This document shows, piece after piece, positions 62,801-64,000 of a stretch of DNA of 64,000 nucleotides; the stretch's first letter is position 1; every line of letters begins with the position of its first letter. The stretch comes from the human T2T-CHM13v2.0 reference genome, Homo sapiens. The notes below the pieces were generated by a model. It made no database searches. It worked only from the letters and a program-made list of their open reading frames with translations, and was not told the DNA's origin. A program made the translations under genes and the position numbers. The stretch lies in NCBI RefSeq assembly GCF_009914755.1, contig NC_060935.1; one strand, 5' to 3'.

Positions 62801-64000
62801 TTGGAGTGGTACTTACAGATTCTTGAAGGCACAGCAAAGTTCCAGAGGCATCAAATGGCCCTACTATCTCCAAAGCATCAGAGACATTGGTCTACGTCAC
62901 TCAGATTCTTCTGGAAAATTGGGTTTCTGTAATCACTGCTTTCAAAGTTGAATATGAAAGGATGAGGACCAGTGATTGGCTGGTGGCAGCTGAAGATATC
63001 CTTGCTTCCAAAATTTCCATGGAAGTTCATAGTTTAGAACTGGGTTCAACATACAAATAATTGAGAGTCATTGCTATCAATCATTAGGAAGGGAGTTTTA
63101 AGAGTCCAGAATCTTGTCCTTATCAGGTGGCTGGGTTCCCCAGTCATTTTTTCAGCCATCCAATAATGGAACTCACATTGCCTACACAGAGGCTGTCAGT
63201 GTTGCCCAGATAGTGCTAAAGTGGACATACATTCCATGAAGTAACAATAACACTTCCATTCTTTTATAACTATTACTGACCATCAGATAGTGACAATGAC
63301 AGTGATTACAAGAGGGATGTAGTAGAAGGTTCAAAGGAGTGGCACATGATTGGCCATGTCCTGTCAGAAACTTCCTATGGCATTAAAATGCAGTGCTTCA
63401 GTGAAGGAGAAGAAAGTGGGTTTATCAGTGTGGTGATCTGCGAGAGTAAAGTAAAACATGTTCCTGGAGATTCTGAGTATCCTAAAGGCTTGAGTATCCC
63501 TCTGAATTCTTCAGAAAGTGAAGGAAATGTGAGGCCAGCAACCAGCCCTGCCAGAAGCAGACATGTTATATCTGATCCTTGGCTGTATGCTGGGTGTCAT
63601 GGTCCTTATTTTTGTGGCTTTTTATTGCAATGTGCCTGTGGAAGAATCACCAGCAGAATATCATAGAGAAATATGACCCACTGGGTTATCTCTACCAGGG
63701 ATCAGATATTAATGGGCAGATGGTGGAACACACCACTCTCTCAGGAGCAAATGAGATAAATGGAAATGTTCATGAAGGCTTCCTGAGCCAAGGCGGTCTC
63801 AGCAGTGGCTGTTCCCACCTTCACCATAAGGTCTCCAATGGAGTCAATGCAACTGTGAATGGGAGCTTAAATGGAGGACTTTACTCTGGGCACACTAACT
63901 CTCTAACCAGGACATGTGAATTTTGAACAGCCTCATCATCTAGTGAACGGTGGTGGAATGTACATAGCAGTGCCTCAGATTGACCCTCTGGAATGTGTTA
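59853..64000 (+). pseudogene. CDON (cell adhesion associated, oncogene regulated; Hedgehog co-receptor) processed pseudogene, continuing past the window end
   Basis: Intronless and colinear with recalled CDON: signal peptide (L)[15 protein letters not shown] with ATG changed to CTG at 60695; Ig domains ([27 protein letters not shown]); FNIII repeats (YNLVWRAG...[15 protein letters not shown]; [16 protein letters not shown]); TM segment then [10 protein letters not shown]; cytoplasmic ...[11 protein letters not shown]. Many stops and frameshifts. Confidence 0.95.

Noticed and set aside
60695-64000. Functional CDON-like retrogene
   Set aside because: The start codon is CTG and stops and frameshifts occur throughout; the longest ORF is only about 126 aa.

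Overview
Human-type genomic DNA (Alu, L1PA, THE1 and Tigger elements), best identified as the 11q14.3 segmental-duplication block. All genes lie on the + strand. (1) The 3' half of the PSMA/glutamate carboxypeptidase II paralog FOLH1B: 11 exons equivalent to FOLH1 exons 9-19 (66-28284), all GT-AG, with an open frame. Seven residues differ from my recollection of FOLH1. (2) A decayed UBTF-like (HMG-box) retro-pseudogene at about 30.4-31.1 kb. (3) A complete six-exon, 450-aa RING/B-box/coiled-coil/PRY-SPRY gene, TRIM77 (39984-47554). (4) An intronless, disabled CDON processed pseudogene from about 59853 to the window edge, inserted in an old L1. I see no evidence for a wholly new biological system. 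The most interesting items are: a TSD-flanked, polyadenylated ~0.74-kb insert of unrecognised origin inside a nested transposon stack in FOLH1B intron 17; the Tyr codon at the position of the FOLH1 'H475Y' variant; a long 5' leader on the CDON retrocopy; a tailless U2 snRNA retro-fragment; two twin-primed L1s; and a 5'-intact, 3'-deleted sense L1. Gene and repeat names come from recalled reference sequences, not database searches, so subfamily calls are approximate.
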